DNA of 64,000 nt from Candidatus Latescibacterota bacterium. Its GTDB lineage: Bacteria > Latescibacterota > UBA2968 > UBA8231. Below the pieces are notes generated by a model. It saw only the letters and a list, made by a program, of their open reading frames with translations. It made no database searches and was not told where the DNA came from. Shown here in pieces: positions 19,594 through 34,781 of the stretch; the first letter of the stretch is position 1; each line of letters begins with the position of its first letter. Made by a program: the position numbers and the translations under genes. The stretch is taken from assembly GCA_965206595.1 (NCBI GenBank), contig OZ242214.1, positions 4,928,001 to 4,992,000 of the forward strand. Reading direction: 5' to 3'.

Positions 19594-20618
19594 CCCGGCT
19601 TCTGCCCATCCTCGGCGCCGTGATCGCCCTGCTGATCGGCGCCGATCTCTGGATCGACCAGCGACGGGAGGAGAAGCGCCTCGAAGCCGGAACCTTGCTG
19701 CCGCTGTTCGACCCCGCGGACGAAGTCGTGCCGGAGCGCATCCGCCGCGTCGAGGTGCGGGCCCCGGGGGGGCGCCATCTCTGGGTGTACGAGAAGCATG
19801 GGAAGGTCTGGCGTTACCCGACCTACCACGGCGCCTACGTGCAGGAGGACCGCGTCGACTTCCTGCTGCGGAGCCTGCTGGAGACTTACGGGACCGCCGT
19901 CTCGGGAGACGACCGCGACTACGGATTGCTGCCGCAGCAGGCGGTCGAGGTGCTGCTCGCGGACGACTCGGGCATGCTGGCCGACGTGCTGGTTGGCCGC
20001 GGGGCCCCCGGCCGGCGCACGGGGGAAGCCTACGTGCGCCGCAACCGCGACGGCGCCCGGATATGGCACCTGCACGCCAACCCCCGCCACGCCCTGGCCG
20101 GCGGCAATCCCCCGATGCTCGACCGGTTCCTGTTTCCCAAGGTGCTCGAGCGAAACAGCATTGTGCAGATCGACTTCGCCAGCGCAAGACCGGCGCCCCG
20201 GCAGCTGCGCCGGGTGCCCCGGCCGCCCCCGGCGGAGGGTCCGTACCTGCCGCGGCCCGGGGAGTACGCCTACGACTGGGTGGCGACCTTCGAGGGGGGC
20301 AGCGACACCTGTCTCACTGCCAATCTCTTCGCCTACACGGCGTTCCTGAAGGAGCTCCGCTTCGATAGCCTGCGCGACCCGCGGGCGGGCGGCTACGGCT
20401 TTTCCGACCGCGAGCGCATCGAGCTGACCGACGAGGACGGGACCGTCGACGTCCTGCACGTGGGCCGCAGGGAAGGGGACCTGGTGTTCGTGCGCAACGA
20501 GGCGGCCGGTCTCGTCTGCGCCGTCGACGCCGGCAGCGCCGAGCTGCTGTTTCCCGGCCGCAGCGCCCTCACCGACACCCTGCCCGAGCCCTCTCCGTAC
20601 CGGCTGGCGCGGCAATGA
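19590..20618 (+). CDS. DUF4340-like protein
   Basis: N-terminal TM segment and two DYGL/GYGF repeats followed by VG..YVR/FVR. Usual fourth gene of Gld-type ABC operons. GTGA overlap. Confidence 0.7.
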   Translation: MTRLLPILGAVIALLIGADLWIDQRREEKRLEAGTLLPLFDPADEVVPERIRRVEVRAPGGRHLWVYEKHGKVWRYPTYHGAYVQEDRVDFLLRSLLETYGTAVSGDDRDYGLLPQQAVEVLLADDSGMLADVLVGRGAPGRRTGEAYVRRNRDGARIWHLHANPRHALAGGNPPMLDRFLFPKVLERNSIVQIDFASARPAPRQLRRVPRPPPAEGPYLPRPGEYAYDWVATFEGGSDTCLTANLFAYTAFLKELRFDSLRDPRAGGYGFSDRERIELTDEDGTVDVLHVGRREGDLVFVRNEAAGLVCAVDAGSAELLFPGRSALTDTLPEPSPYRLARQ

Positions 20619-20649
20619 AAAAGCGCCCCCCGGAAACCCCGGGAGCGCT
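20618..20649 (-). terminator. Rho-independent terminator downstream of gltD
   Basis: Minus strand reads AGCGCTCCCGGGG-TTT-CCGGGGGGCGCT-TTTT. Confidence 0.6.
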
Positions 20650-20750
20650 CCGTATCGCAGCTCTGGTTTTGTCTTGGTGCCTATGCGGTAAGCAAGCCTG
20701 CAAACGAGGCCCCCGGCGACAGAATTCACGCGGGGTTCCGCTGGCAGGCA

Positions 20751-22240
20751 CTACGGCAGCGAGGTCGTCCCCATCAGGTAGCGGTCGCACTCGCGCGCCG
20801 CGCCGCGGCCCTCTTCGATCGCCCACACGACCAGGCTCTGCCCGCGCCTCATGTCGCCGGCGGCGAACACTCCCTCGACGCTGGTGGCGAAGCGGTCGTG
20901 CTCGGCCCTGGCGTTGGAACGCTCGTCGCGCTCGAGGTTGAGCTGATCGAGGACCGTGTCCTCCGGGCCGAGGAAGCCCATCGCCAGCAGCACGAGATCG
21001 GCAGGCCACACCTTCTCGGTCCCCGGGACCGGCTGCGGCGCCATGCGGCCGCCGGCTCCCGGCGCCCATTCGATCCCCACCGTGTGCAGCTCCCTGACGT
21101 TGCCGTCGCCGTCGCCGACGAACCTCGTAGTGTTGATCAGGTAGGTGCGCGGATCTTCGCCGAAGCGGGCCGCCGCCTCTTCCTGGCCGTAGTCGAGCAG
21201 GTAGACGTTCGGCCACTCGGGCCAGGGATTGTCCGGGGCGCGCTCGTCGGGGGGCCGCGGCATGATTTCGAACTGCGTCAGGCTCCTGCAGCCGTGGCGC
21301 ATCGAGGTGCCGACGCAGTCGGTGCCGGTGTCGCCGCCGCCGATGACGATGACGTGCTTGTCCCTTGCGGAGATGTAGTTGCCGTCGGCGTGGCCGGAGT
21401 CCATCAGGCTCTTCGTGTTCGCGGTCAGAAACTCCATGGCGAAGTGGACGCCGTTCAATTCGCGCCCCTCGGCCGGCATGTCGCGCCCCTTGGTCGCCCC
21501 CCCGCACAGGACCACGGCGTCGAACTCCTCGACCAGTTGGGGCGCCGGGATGTCCCTGCCGATCTCGGTGTTGGTGACGAACTCGACCCCCTCGGCCTCC
21601 ATCAGCTGCAGCCGCCGCGTCACCACCGCCTTGTCGAGCTTCATGTTAGGGATGCCGTACATCAGCAGGCCGCCGATGCGGTCGGCGCGCTCGTACACGG
21701 TGACCCAGTGTCCGGCGCGGTTGAGCTGCGCGGCGCAGGAGAGGCCGGCGGGCCCGGATCCGACGACGGCGACCCGTCTGCCGGTTCGCCGCTCCGGCGG
21801 CTCGGGGAGCACCGTGCCAGAGGCGAAGCCGTGGTCGACGATGGCGGCTTCGATGTTCTTGATCGTCACCGGAGGCTCGTTTATACCGAGCACGCAGGCC
21901 CCCTCGCAGGGGGCGGGGCAGACGCGCCCGGTGAACTCGGGGAAGTTGTTGGTCTTGTGGAGCCGCTCCAGCGCGTCTTCCCAGAGGCCGCGGTAGACCA
22001 GGTCGTTCCACTCAGGAATCAGGTTGTTGATCGGACAGCCCGACCCCTTGTCGCTGCGGCTCATCGACGCCCCGGTGTGGCAGAACGGGACGCCGCAGTC
22101 CATGCAGCGCGAACCCTGGTCCCGCAGCTTCTCCACCCCCATGTGGAGGTGGAACTCGTCCCAGTCCTTAACCCTTTCGAGCGGAGACCGGTCCTGCGGC
22201 AGCTCCCGCTCGATTTCCATGAATCCTGTTGGTTTGCCCA

Positions 22241-22241
<1 letters not shown>
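20751..22241 (-). CDS. gltD: Glutamate synthase small (beta) subunit
   Basis: [43 protein letters not shown] and [14 protein letters not shown] motifs. Confidence 0.97.
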
Positions 22242-26842
<4,601 letters not shown>

Positions 26843-26886
26843 CGGTCGGGAGATCCGGTTGCGGTCCAGAGGAAAGGGGTAAATAT

Positions 26887-27225
26887 ATGACCCGCAGCCA
26901 GATCGTCGAGGAGATCCGCAGCGAGCCCAACGTCGCCAACGTCTTCAGCGAGCTGATACGGGACAGCTTCATCGCCGAGACCGACGGACAGGTGGCGCTG
27001 GTGATGATCGTCGAAGGGGAATCGGACAGCGACGTCGCCGACAGCCTGCAGGGGAAAATCATCCCCTCGCTGCAGAAGAACCACGGCAGGGACTCGATCG
27101 ACGAGCTGCGCACCATTCGCCTGCTCGGCACCATCCGCCGCGAGCACAACTACCTGCCGATGGTCAACATGGGCGCCGCCGTGCTCGACGACGACTGGCC
27201 TGACGAGGCGATCTTCGTCGGGTAA
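26887..27225 (+). CDS. Hypothetical protein (possibly the ligand-binding half of a regulator)
   Basis: GC3-rich codon use and AAGGGG RBS. 112 aa, predicted alpha/beta pattern. Confidence 0.55.
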   Translation: MTRSQIVEEIRSEPNVANVFSELIRDSFIAETDGQVALVMIVEGESDSDVADSLQGKIIPSLQKNHGRDSIDELRTIRLLGTIRREHNYLPMVNMGAAVLDDDWPDEAIFVG

Positions 27226-27565
27226 GCCCAGTGCGTCCAGGAGGCGGATTCTGGGGAACATTGCTTCCTTCCCCATACCTCCGACGTTACTCGGCCGCCC
27301 TTGCGAGCCGGCAGCCGCCGGGTGAATTGCCCTTCCGTCGGGACATTTCACTTGATATAACACGATTGAAAAAACCCTTGCCTTTCCCCCCCCTCTTTTG
27401 GTGACCCTCACCTTGGTCACCATCGGCAAGCGGGGGGGGCAAGGTAAGGCGGAGCTGGATGGCATGACGGCATCCCCGGGGCGACGCTGACCGTCGGCGC
27501 CATGCTGACCGAGCTACGCGGGCTTTTCTGGTTCGCATCGAGAACGGCAACCGAAAGCAAAGGGA

Positions 27566-27995
27566 ATGGCTTATTCTTCCGGGTTAAATGCAATGGTAAA
27601 GCCGGTGGCCGTGGCCGCCGGGGCTGATGCTGGCGCTGTGCATCGGCATCAGGGCGCGCCTGGAGACCGGAGCGCCGCCCGGCCTGCCGTTAAAACCTTT
27701 CGCCCACCTGCTGGGCCGGCAGGCGCCCGCTTTCGCCCTTCCCGGCCTCCGCGGGGAAACCGTGTCCCTGGCCAGCGCCCGGGGGGCCGATGCCTGGCTG
27801 CTCTACTTCACCGACGCCGCCTGCGGGGCCTGCAAGGCCGCCTACCCGGCGGTGGCCAAGGCGGCCGGGGTGCTGCCCATCGTCGCCATCGCCACGGGCG
27901 ACCCGGATCTGATGCAGGCCCACATCGGAGAAGCCGCCGTCGCCATCGGCCGCGAGGAGCAGCTCCCTCGCAGACCTGCAGCGGCAGCGACCTGA
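27566..27995 (+). pseudogene. Frameshifted, truncated TlpA/redoxin-like protein
   Basis: GRQAPAFALPGLRGETVSL...LLYF...CGAC (thioredoxin CxxC). The N-terminal hydrophobic segment is split by a frameshift in the G run near 27620. The C-terminus degenerates near 27950. Confidence 0.6.
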
Positions 27996-28093
27996 TGACA
28001 CACGGCCTGGACATTTCCCTGCCGGGAGCACTTCTCCTCGGACTGCATATGGATCGAGCAGATTCCGGGCTCATAAACAGGAAGGAGAATAAC

Positions 28094-28846
28094 GTGATCA
28101 AACGTCAGACCGATCTGAGGTCGGAGCCGGTCGAGCGGATCATCGCACTGGGGGAGAGCACGACCTGGGGCTACTCGGTGTCCGACAAGAGCAAATGCTG
28201 GGTGAGCCAGGTTGTCGCCATGCTCGAGGAGTTCCAGGGTGCGGCGATCGAGCTGATCAACCAGGGCATCGGCAGCAATGTGCTGACACCGGACTGTCCG
28301 TCCTATGAGTTTTCCGCCAAGCCATCGGCGCTCGAGCGGGTGGACGATGAGTTGATTGCCCACGACCCGGATCTGGTCTTCCTGTCATACGGTCTCAACG
28401 ATTCGCGTGGCGGCACTCCTCCGGAGACCTTCCGCCGTGCCTATCAGGAGCTCATCGATCGCATTCGATCCAGGACCGACCCCGTTATCGTGATCATCAA
28501 CACCTACTACATGCACGAGATCCTCTACTCGCACTGCGAGCACTGGGAGGAGAGCAGCTACGACCTCACCGACGTGTACAACCTCGTCATCCGGCAGATC
28601 GCAGAGGCGAACGGCCTCATACTCGCTGATATCTACTCCGCGGAGATTGGCGTGGACTGGATCATCGACGAGGATCATTGCCATCCCAACGACCTTGGAC
28701 ACAGGATAATCGCCAATCGCGTCTTCGAGGCCGTTGTCCGCAACTGCAGTTTCGTGGCGCGCCAGATGCCCGGGACCTCCCTGATCCATTCCTTTGTGGA
28801 GAAGTATGGCAACGGCCCGGACAGACCCTCCAGCGGAGCCAGCTAG
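28094..28846 (+). CDS. SGNH/GDSL hydrolase
   Basis: ALGESTTWG, NQGIG, YGLND and DHCHPN blocks. GTG start after AAGGAG. Confidence 0.88.
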   Translation: MIKRQTDLRSEPVERIIALGESTTWGYSVSDKSKCWVSQVVAMLEEFQGAAIELINQGIGSNVLTPDCPSYEFSAKPSALERVDDELIAHDPDLVFLSYGLNDSRGGTPPETFRRAYQELIDRIRSRTDPVIVIINTYYMHEILYSHCEHWEESSYDLTDVYNLVIRQIAEANGLILADIYSAEIGVDWIIDEDHCHPNDLGHRIIANRVFEAVVRNCSFVARQMPGTSLIHSFVEKYGNGPDRPSSGAS

Positions 28847-30468
28847 TACCGCACGGCCAGCTGAATGGTGTTCAGCAACAGAGGCGACTGCCGCGACTCG
28901 GCGCGCCTGTTCAATACCAACTCCACCGAATTTTCCCCGTGAACGACCTGATCGGGGGTGAGATCGCCCTCCAGCCATTGGCCCTCTTCGGGTGAGGTGA
29001 ACGCGTCGTTGACCTTCAACCCGGACAACGACTTTCCGTTGAGCTCAACGGAGACCTCGTCGTCGGTGGTGAGATCCCACATGTGGGCGCGAAAACGGAG
29101 CTGAGCGTTGCCGGCAGATGTGTCTTCGCCGACCAGGAAACTCAGCCCTAGTTTCTCGCCCTGCACCAGCTCCACCTGCTGGCCGTTTCCGGTTTCCTCC
29201 GGAAATCGATCCACGCCAAACAGTTTGTCTTTGCCCGCCATGGTGGCGGTATCGCCGATCTCTCGCCACCAATGCGGCTCGCCCAAGGCGGGGTTGAAGA
29301 TGTAGAGCCCATCGGCGCCATCGTTGAACATATTCATCGCCGCTCCACGCCAGGCAGCGAGCGTGTGCTCCCACCCGTTGTACTCCAGGATGTAGGAGGG
29401 TTTGCCGAGGCGATCGGGCTGTCCGCCATACAGGTTTTCGAGGTACGAATCGGCGGTTCGATATTTGCCCTTGGCCAGGTCGAGATATGCCCATCGGGTC
29501 CAGAATCCCCACCCCAGGCAAGGGTAAACGGGGACATCGTGGCGATGCCCGAATTCGATCATGTCCCGGTGCGAATCGCAGAACACTGACTCGTTCAGAT
29601 GGCCAGGGATCAGCTGGTCGATCAACCCTTCGGCGAGCCAGGTTTCCAGATCGAGACCAATGAACCGGGAATATTCGAGCCCCGGGGGTGTGTGCGCCGC
29701 CAGTAGAATGGGTCGACCGCGTTTTTGCCCTTCTTCATCCGCCATCCTGCGGATGCGCCGCAAGAAATCGGTCATGATCTCGACGTGTTCGGGCGTGACG
29801 GCTTCGCCCTCCCACGACTCGCGGAAAAACGGGTCGTACTTGAAAAACTCCATGCCGATGACATCCACGTCGTAGTTCTGGGCGACCTCTTCGATGATAC
29901 CGAAGATGTGGTCGCGCACGATCGGCAGGGAAAAGTCGAGCCTGGTCCAGGGCGCCTTGCGGCCGCCGTCGAACTTCTCCCAGTCCCCATCTTCTCCCAA
30001 CATGCATTCGGGATGTTCCACCTTGAACGGCGCCAAACCGTAGGTCCAGCGGCGCGAGCCCATCGGATAGGCGTCGTGGGCGTCGTTCATGCGCAGGGCC
30101 CACACCGCTTCCATGCCGTTTTCCCGACTGAAGTCCAGCTGTATCTGCAGAGGATCCTTTCCATACTTCTCCACCAGCTCCAGCGGCAGCTCCTTGCCGT
30201 AGAAACCGCCCAGTTTGGTGTTGTGTGAAAAGGTCAAGCCGGCCATGCAGCTGGCGTACCAGTTACTGTCGACCTGGGATCCGATCAACGGCGTGCTGCG
30301 GGCGGCCAGAAAATCATCGATGAGCTCGCCAGAGGTGCGCACGGTCAGGCCTTCGGCGACGTCGTGTTCGTGCTCGATACCGTCGCGAGCGTAAAGGGCA
30401 TCGTCGCCGTCGTTATTGAAGATGATTCGTCTCTTGCGCCAACGCGCGTCGCGTCTTGCCTGATCCAT
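28843..30468 (-). CDS. GHL10/DUF187-like TIM-barrel protein (putative glycoside hydrolase) with C-terminal beta-sandwich
   Basis: IIFNNDGDD, LRMND, LDFS...VR, YDVDVIGMEF, GLDLETW..EGLID and GADGLYIFN motifs. No signal peptide. Confidence 0.7.
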   Translation of the reverse strand: MDQARRDARWRKRRIIFNNDGDDALYARDGIEHEHDVAEGLTVRTSGELIDDFLAARSTPLIGSQVDSNWYASCMAGLTFSHNTKLGGFYGKELPLELVEKYGKDPLQIQLDFSRENGMEAVWALRMNDAHDAYPMGSRRWTYGLAPFKVEHPECMLGEDGDWEKFDGGRKAPWTRLDFSLPIVRDHIFGIIEEVAQNYDVDVIGMEFFKYDPFFRESWEGEAVTPEHVEIMTDFLRRIRRMADEEGQKRGRPILLAAHTPPGLEYSRFIGLDLETWLAEGLIDQLIPGHLNESVFCDSHRDMIEFGHRHDVPVYPCLGWGFWTRWAYLDLAKGKYRTADSYLENLYGGQPDRLGKPSYILEYNGWEHTLAAWRGAAMNMFNDGADGLYIFNPALGEPHWWREIGDTATMAGKDKLFGVDRFPEETGNGQQVELVQGEKLGLSFLVGEDTSAGNAQLRFRAHMWDLTTDDEVSVELNGKSLSGLKVNDAFTSPEEGQWLEGDLTPDQVVHGENSVELVLNRRAESRQSPLLLNTIQLAVRY

Positions 30469-30485
30469 CGTGGTTTCCTCCGTAT

Positions 30486-31295
30486 TCAGTGTGCCGATCG
30501 CTCCGTCGGAAAGTGCTCCGCTGCGTGTTCCGCCATACTCTCCGTCCACTGGCTGTAGAACTCACGAGTCACCGGGTCGGGATGTCGCGCCAGACTTTCC
30601 GGCACCAACATCCAGTAGGTGAGAGGCTGGTTGGTCACATGGCTGTAGTACGTATGCTGGGTACGGCGGCCGTGGGTGCACGCGTCAACGCCGGTAATGC
30701 GGGCGTGGAAGATATCGATGTTGTAGAGGATGCAGGTTCCCGCCTTGCCGCGAATGGGGACCTCCTGGTAGTTGGTCATCTGAGCTTGAGCGTCCTCCAG
30801 CTTTGGATAGGTGTGGCTGTTGGGTATCACGGAGAAGCAGGGGCAACAGTCGTGAACGTCCCACAGATAGTAAATGGCGCAAAGATAGCCGCTGTGGTAG
30901 GGATTCTCTGTACGGCGGTTCAGCGGAACAAGGGCCCGGTCTCGATGGAAATGCATGGCGCAGTCGCCGGCCGCTTCCGGGGGAGCAATGCGAAAATCAA
31001 ACTGGGCGAATCGAACGCCCTTCCCCAAGATCGCCTCGACAATCGGATAAGAACGAGGCGGCCGCACATGGCGATCCAGTTCTGGGTGCTCCACCAGGAT
31101 CTGGCCATGGCCGTACATCTCTCGCTCTTTGACTCCCCATCCCTCGGGATCCTCGAGTTTGCAACGGTCGACAAATGCGTTGAGGGTGCTCACCTCCTCT
31201 TCACTGAGTGCGTCTTCAATAACGACGTAGTTGTTCTCCTTGAAGAACTGCAGGATGTCGTCGTGCTGGTGGTGAGGAAAAGCGGAGGCTTCCAT
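30486..31295 (-). CDS. Phytanoyl-CoA dioxygenase (PhyH) family Fe/2OG enzyme
   Basis: FFKENNYVVI, HRD, VIPNSH, KAG and FHA motifs; HxD...H triad intact. Confidence 0.85.
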   Translation of the reverse strand: MEASAFPHHQHDDILQFFKENNYVVIEDALSEEEVSTLNAFVDRCKLEDPEGWGVKEREMYGHGQILVEHPELDRHVRPPRSYPIVEAILGKGVRFAQFDFRIAPPEAAGDCAMHFHRDRALVPLNRRTENPYHSGYLCAIYYLWDVHDCCPCFSVIPNSHTYPKLEDAQAQMTNYQEVPIRGKAGTCILYNIDIFHARITGVDACTHGRRTQHTYYSHVTNQPLTYWMLVPESLARHPDPVTREFYSQWTESMAEHAAEHFPTERSAH

Positions 31296-31458
31296 GGAGT
31301 GCTCCCCTTTCGAAAATAGGGTTCTGGGTTCGGGGCTCAGGGAACGGCCCGACCGCGTCGTTTCCTGGGAGTGCGGGCATCCTTGCTCACAGCCGTTTCA
31401 TCCGGAAGAGCTCGCGGTATTCCGGAGTTGACAGCTGCCCGCGTCGAGTACGTGCTCT

Positions 31459-32973
31459 TCATTGCCCTTGCCTGTATGGCCTGCGGGATTCAAAAACCTT
31501 CAGGCGGTACTCAATTCTCGCCTTTTCCTGCTCGCTTATTGCTGCCGCCCTGTCGAGAGCGTCACGCGCGGTGGTCACCGCCTTTTCGTACTGTCCCGTC
31601 TCAGCGTAGGCGGCTGCTAGTACGTCCAGGACTTCCGGATCCTGAAAACCGGATGTTTCACAAGCGGATTTGGCAAGCTCGATCGCCTCCTTGCCGTTGC
31701 GGAACTCGGCTTTCGGAGAGGTGGCCAGGAGCCAGGCCAGCCTCGTGGCAATCGGCGAAAATTTTTGCCTCTGCTCGAGGCCGCGCCGGAAAGTTGCGAT
31801 CGCTTCGGCATCACGGGCTGTCCTCATGTAAAAGGTGCCAAGGTTGAGGTAAGCACCCGGTGCCTCAGGATGGAGTCGCAGGGCTTTTTCACCCCAAAGG
31901 AAAGCTTCGTCTACCCGGCCGGACTCGAAGAGCGCTTGTCCCAGGTTGGTTATCCCCGCGTAGTTATCGGACTCAAGCTGAATCGCCCTGCGGTACTGCC
32001 CGATCGCCTCGTCGAACCTCCCCAGGGACTGCAGAAGATTGCCAACGTAATTGTGACCGTCAGGATCTGGCTTTAACTCCAGTGCCGTGCGGAACTGTAG
32101 GATGGCTTCTTCTAGGCGGCCCGTGGCTTGGTAAACCAACCCTCTCTCGCGGTACCAATAAGCGCTGATTCCCTTTCCTGTTAACTCGTCATGGACCGGA
32201 TCGGTCAGCCGGACGACTTCAGGTAGGTTCTGAGCAATACCCAGATGTCGAGCCGCCGCCCCAGGCTGCCCTAGGCGCCGCAGTACTTCGGCCAGAACGC
32301 GGTGGGCGTCCGCATACCGGGACTCGATTTCCAAAGCTGTCAGCAAGTATTCACGGCTGGCCTCCAGTTCGGACCTGGAAAGCATGATCTTGGCCAGACC
32401 GAGGTGCGCGTGAGAAGATCTCTCGTCGAGTTCGGCAGCTTTCTCAAACGTGAGAAGTGCTTTGTCGAGATCCCCAGCGTCGTAAAGAGCGCGCGCGTAG
32501 TTCACGTACGCAGGACTGTAATCAGGCTTGAGCGCAATGGCTCGCACGAACTCACCGAAGGCTTCTTTTGAGCCGGCCTCGTTGAGAATAATGGCAAGGT
32601 AGTAAGGCCAGCGAAACTCCTTGGCGTCCAGCGTCGCAGCTTGGCGGTAACACGGAATGGCTCCCTGTTTAAAATCGTGGACGTCCAGGGTCATACCGAG
32701 CTCTCCCCAGGCTTGTGAAGAGCGCGGATTGGCCTCGACATTGACGAGAAGTTCATGAATCCTGGCGGCTACTTGTTGCTCCACGGCGGCCAGGTCGAGT
32801 TCCGGCAAAACGTCGCTCGGTGCCGGCGGGGAGCAATTCAGAAAGGCCGATAGAGGGGCGACCAACCAAAAGGCAGCCAACCGAACAGCCGTGTCCCGAG
32901 GGGTCCGGATTCTACGTGAGCGCTTGAGCGTCTCCGTTTCCCCGATGGTCGGTTTGCTCGTGGAAATAGTCAA
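31459..32973 (-). CDS. Tetratricopeptide repeat protein, probable lipoprotein
   Basis: About 9 TPRs. C-terminal LAWLLAT..RNG.EA..LA...LDVLAAAYAE.G motif. Lipobox-like AFLNC. Start uncertain (TTG 32973 chosen). Confidence 0.82.
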   Translation of the reverse strand: MTISTSKPTIGETETLKRSRRIRTPRDTAVRLAAFWLVAPLSAFLNCSPPAPSDVLPELDLAAVEQQVAARIHELLVNVEANPRSSQAWGELGMTLDVHDFKQGAIPCYRQAATLDAKEFRWPYYLAIILNEAGSKEAFGEFVRAIALKPDYSPAYVNYARALYDAGDLDKALLTFEKAAELDERSSHAHLGLAKIMLSRSELEASREYLLTALEIESRYADAHRVLAEVLRRLGQPGAAARHLGIAQNLPEVVRLTDPVHDELTGKGISAYWYRERGLVYQATGRLEEAILQFRTALELKPDPDGHNYVGNLLQSLGRFDEAIGQYRRAIQLESDNYAGITNLGQALFESGRVDEAFLWGEKALRLHPEAPGAYLNLGTFYMRTARDAEAIATFRRGLEQRQKFSPIATRLAWLLATSPKAEFRNGKEAIELAKSACETSGFQDPEVLDVLAAAYAETGQYEKAVTTARDALDRAAAISEQEKARIEYRLKVFESRRPYRQGQ

Positions 32974-32977
32974 ATGC

Positions 32978-34723
32978 CTATTTATCTCCCAGTGGGGATT
33001 GACCCTTCCTGAGCGCAACAAACTTGTCCGCCTGGACGCCTGGAAAAGTCTCCGTCGCGCCACCCGGCCACTCAACCTGAATTTCGTCTACCTGGTTGGC
33101 CGCACCCAATCCGAAATGCGCTCTTGTGTCATTGCTTGAGAGAAAACTGTAGCCGGGGGCAATCAGGCGACTGATTCGGCGGGCGCCGAGAACGACGATA
33201 ACCCGAGCGCCCAGTGCGTCACGGTTCAGTTCGGGATCGACAGCGCGGACGCTGAGCCACCTCCCGGCAGGCCGTGAGTCGTTGCGAAAAAGTCGCGCAC
33301 GACCCCCTCCGTTAGCAACCAGCAGATCGATGTCGCCGTCGTTGTCGATGTCTCCGAACGCCAGGCCGCGACTGTTTTCGACCGAACGACAAAAATCTGC
33401 CGTTTGTTCGCCGACCGATTGGAAGCGGCCGGAACCGTCGTTCACAAACAGAAAATTCGGTTCGGCATAGTGATCCCAGTAACTTGACGTTCCCTTACCG
33501 GTCAAGAGCGGCCCGCGGGTTACCCGGCCGTTTGCAACCGCAAGGTCGAGATCACCGTCGTGGTCAAAGTCAAAGAACCCGGCCCCGAATCCTGTGTAGG
33601 GCAGGCTTGCGGCTCCTAATCCGGAAGGGGAAGAGTCGTCCTGAAAGCCGAAATCGCCGACGTAGCGGTACAGAGTGTTGCTTTCCTTGCGCAGGTGGGC
33701 CACAAAAAGATCGAGGTTCTCGTCGTTGTCGACATCGCCAACCGCAACGCCCATGCCTGCTTCGGCACGTCCCACTTCATTCAGTGCCGCCCCCAGCAAA
33801 ATGCCGTGATCCTGAAACGTGCCGTTCCCTTGGTTCAACCAAAGATTGTTGGCTTCTCCGTCGTTGGCCACGTAGAGATCCGGATGCTGATCATTGTTGA
33901 AATCTCCGCTGACCACGCCCAACCCTTTCGAAGCGACGGCAGTGATCCCAGACTCACCGGAAACATCCGTGAACGTGCCGTCGCCATTATTGTGGAAGAG
34001 CAAGTCAGGAACTCCTGGAAAACTTTCCGGGCCACAGTAGTCCTGGCGGCCGGAGCGGTCTGGGCACACACTGGCAGGATCCCATGCCAGGTAGTTGGTC
34101 ACGAAGATGTCGAGGTGGTTGTCCAGATTGTAATCAAGAAAGAGCACGGAGCAGCCCCAATCGGGATTGCTGATTCCGGCTTGCTCGGAGATCTTCGTGA
34201 ACGTTCCGCCTCCGTTGTTTTGGTACAACTGGTCTCTGCCGTAGTTGGAAAGGTAAATGTCGAGGTCGCCGTCATTGTCCAGGTCGCCGGCCGCGACGCC
34301 CATGCCGTAGCCAGCGTCGCCGAGTCCCGCCTCGCCGGTCACGTCCTCAAAAGCTTTCTCGTCTTCCTGACGGTAAAGACGATTCCTGGGAGAAACCGTG
34401 CTACCACCTTTTGTGCCGTGATGGGCGCCGTTCACCAGGTAGATGTCCAGGTCGCCGTCGTTGTCATAGTCGAGCAGGGCGCCACCGGGTCCGACGATCT
34501 CCGGCATAAAGTAGCTGCCGTGGACTCCGGGCTCATGTTGAAAATCTAACCCCACCTCATTGGTGACGTCCGTGAACCTCACCTGTTTTCGAGAATCGAT
34601 TTGGCTCTCGTTTTGTTCTTCGAGGGCGTCACATTCCAGTGTTACGAGAAGGTTTGCAATTGGAAGAAAGAACCCCATGAGACTCGAGAAAATGGAATGA
34701 GTTGAAGAGGGTGAAGTGTTCAC
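32978..34723 (-). CDS. CRTAC1 family protein (FG-GAP repeats + ASPIC/UnbV domain)
   Basis: Repeated DYDNDGDLD/DLDNDGDLD motifs. C-terminal ALGARV...HFGLG...V.WP.G ASPIC/UnbV motif. Confidence 0.9.
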   Translation of the reverse strand: MNTSPSSTHSIFSSLMGFFLPIANLLVTLECDALEEQNESQIDSRKQVRFTDVTNEVGLDFQHEPGVHGSYFMPEIVGPGGALLDYDNDGDLDIYLVNGAHHGTKGGSTVSPRNRLYRQEDEKAFEDVTGEAGLGDAGYGMGVAAGDLDNDGDLDIYLSNYGRDQLYQNNGGGTFTKISEQAGISNPDWGCSVLFLDYNLDNHLDIFVTNYLAWDPASVCPDRSGRQDYCGPESFPGVPDLLFHNNGDGTFTDVSGESGITAVASKGLGVVSGDFNNDQHPDLYVANDGEANNLWLNQGNGTFQDHGILLGAALNEVGRAEAGMGVAVGDVDNDENLDLFVAHLRKESNTLYRYVGDFGFQDDSSPSGLGAASLPYTGFGAGFFDFDHDGDLDLAVANGRVTRGPLLTGKGTSSYWDHYAEPNFLFVNDGSGRFQSVGEQTADFCRSVENSRGLAFGDIDNDGDIDLLVANGGGRARLFRNDSRPAGRWLSVRAVDPELNRDALGARVIVVLGARRISRLIAPGYSFLSSNDTRAHFGLGAANQVDEIQVEWPGGATETFPGVQADKFVALRKGQSPLGDK

Positions 34724-34781
34724 ACTTCCTCACCTCGGAGAAGAGCCTGATCGCCTCATCCGTGTTCCTGAGGCGCGACTC

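Noticed and set aside
27566-28846. 426-aa ORF as one protein
   Set aside because: Read-through of the redoxin pseudogene region; the SGNH gene has its own RBS and GTG at 28094.
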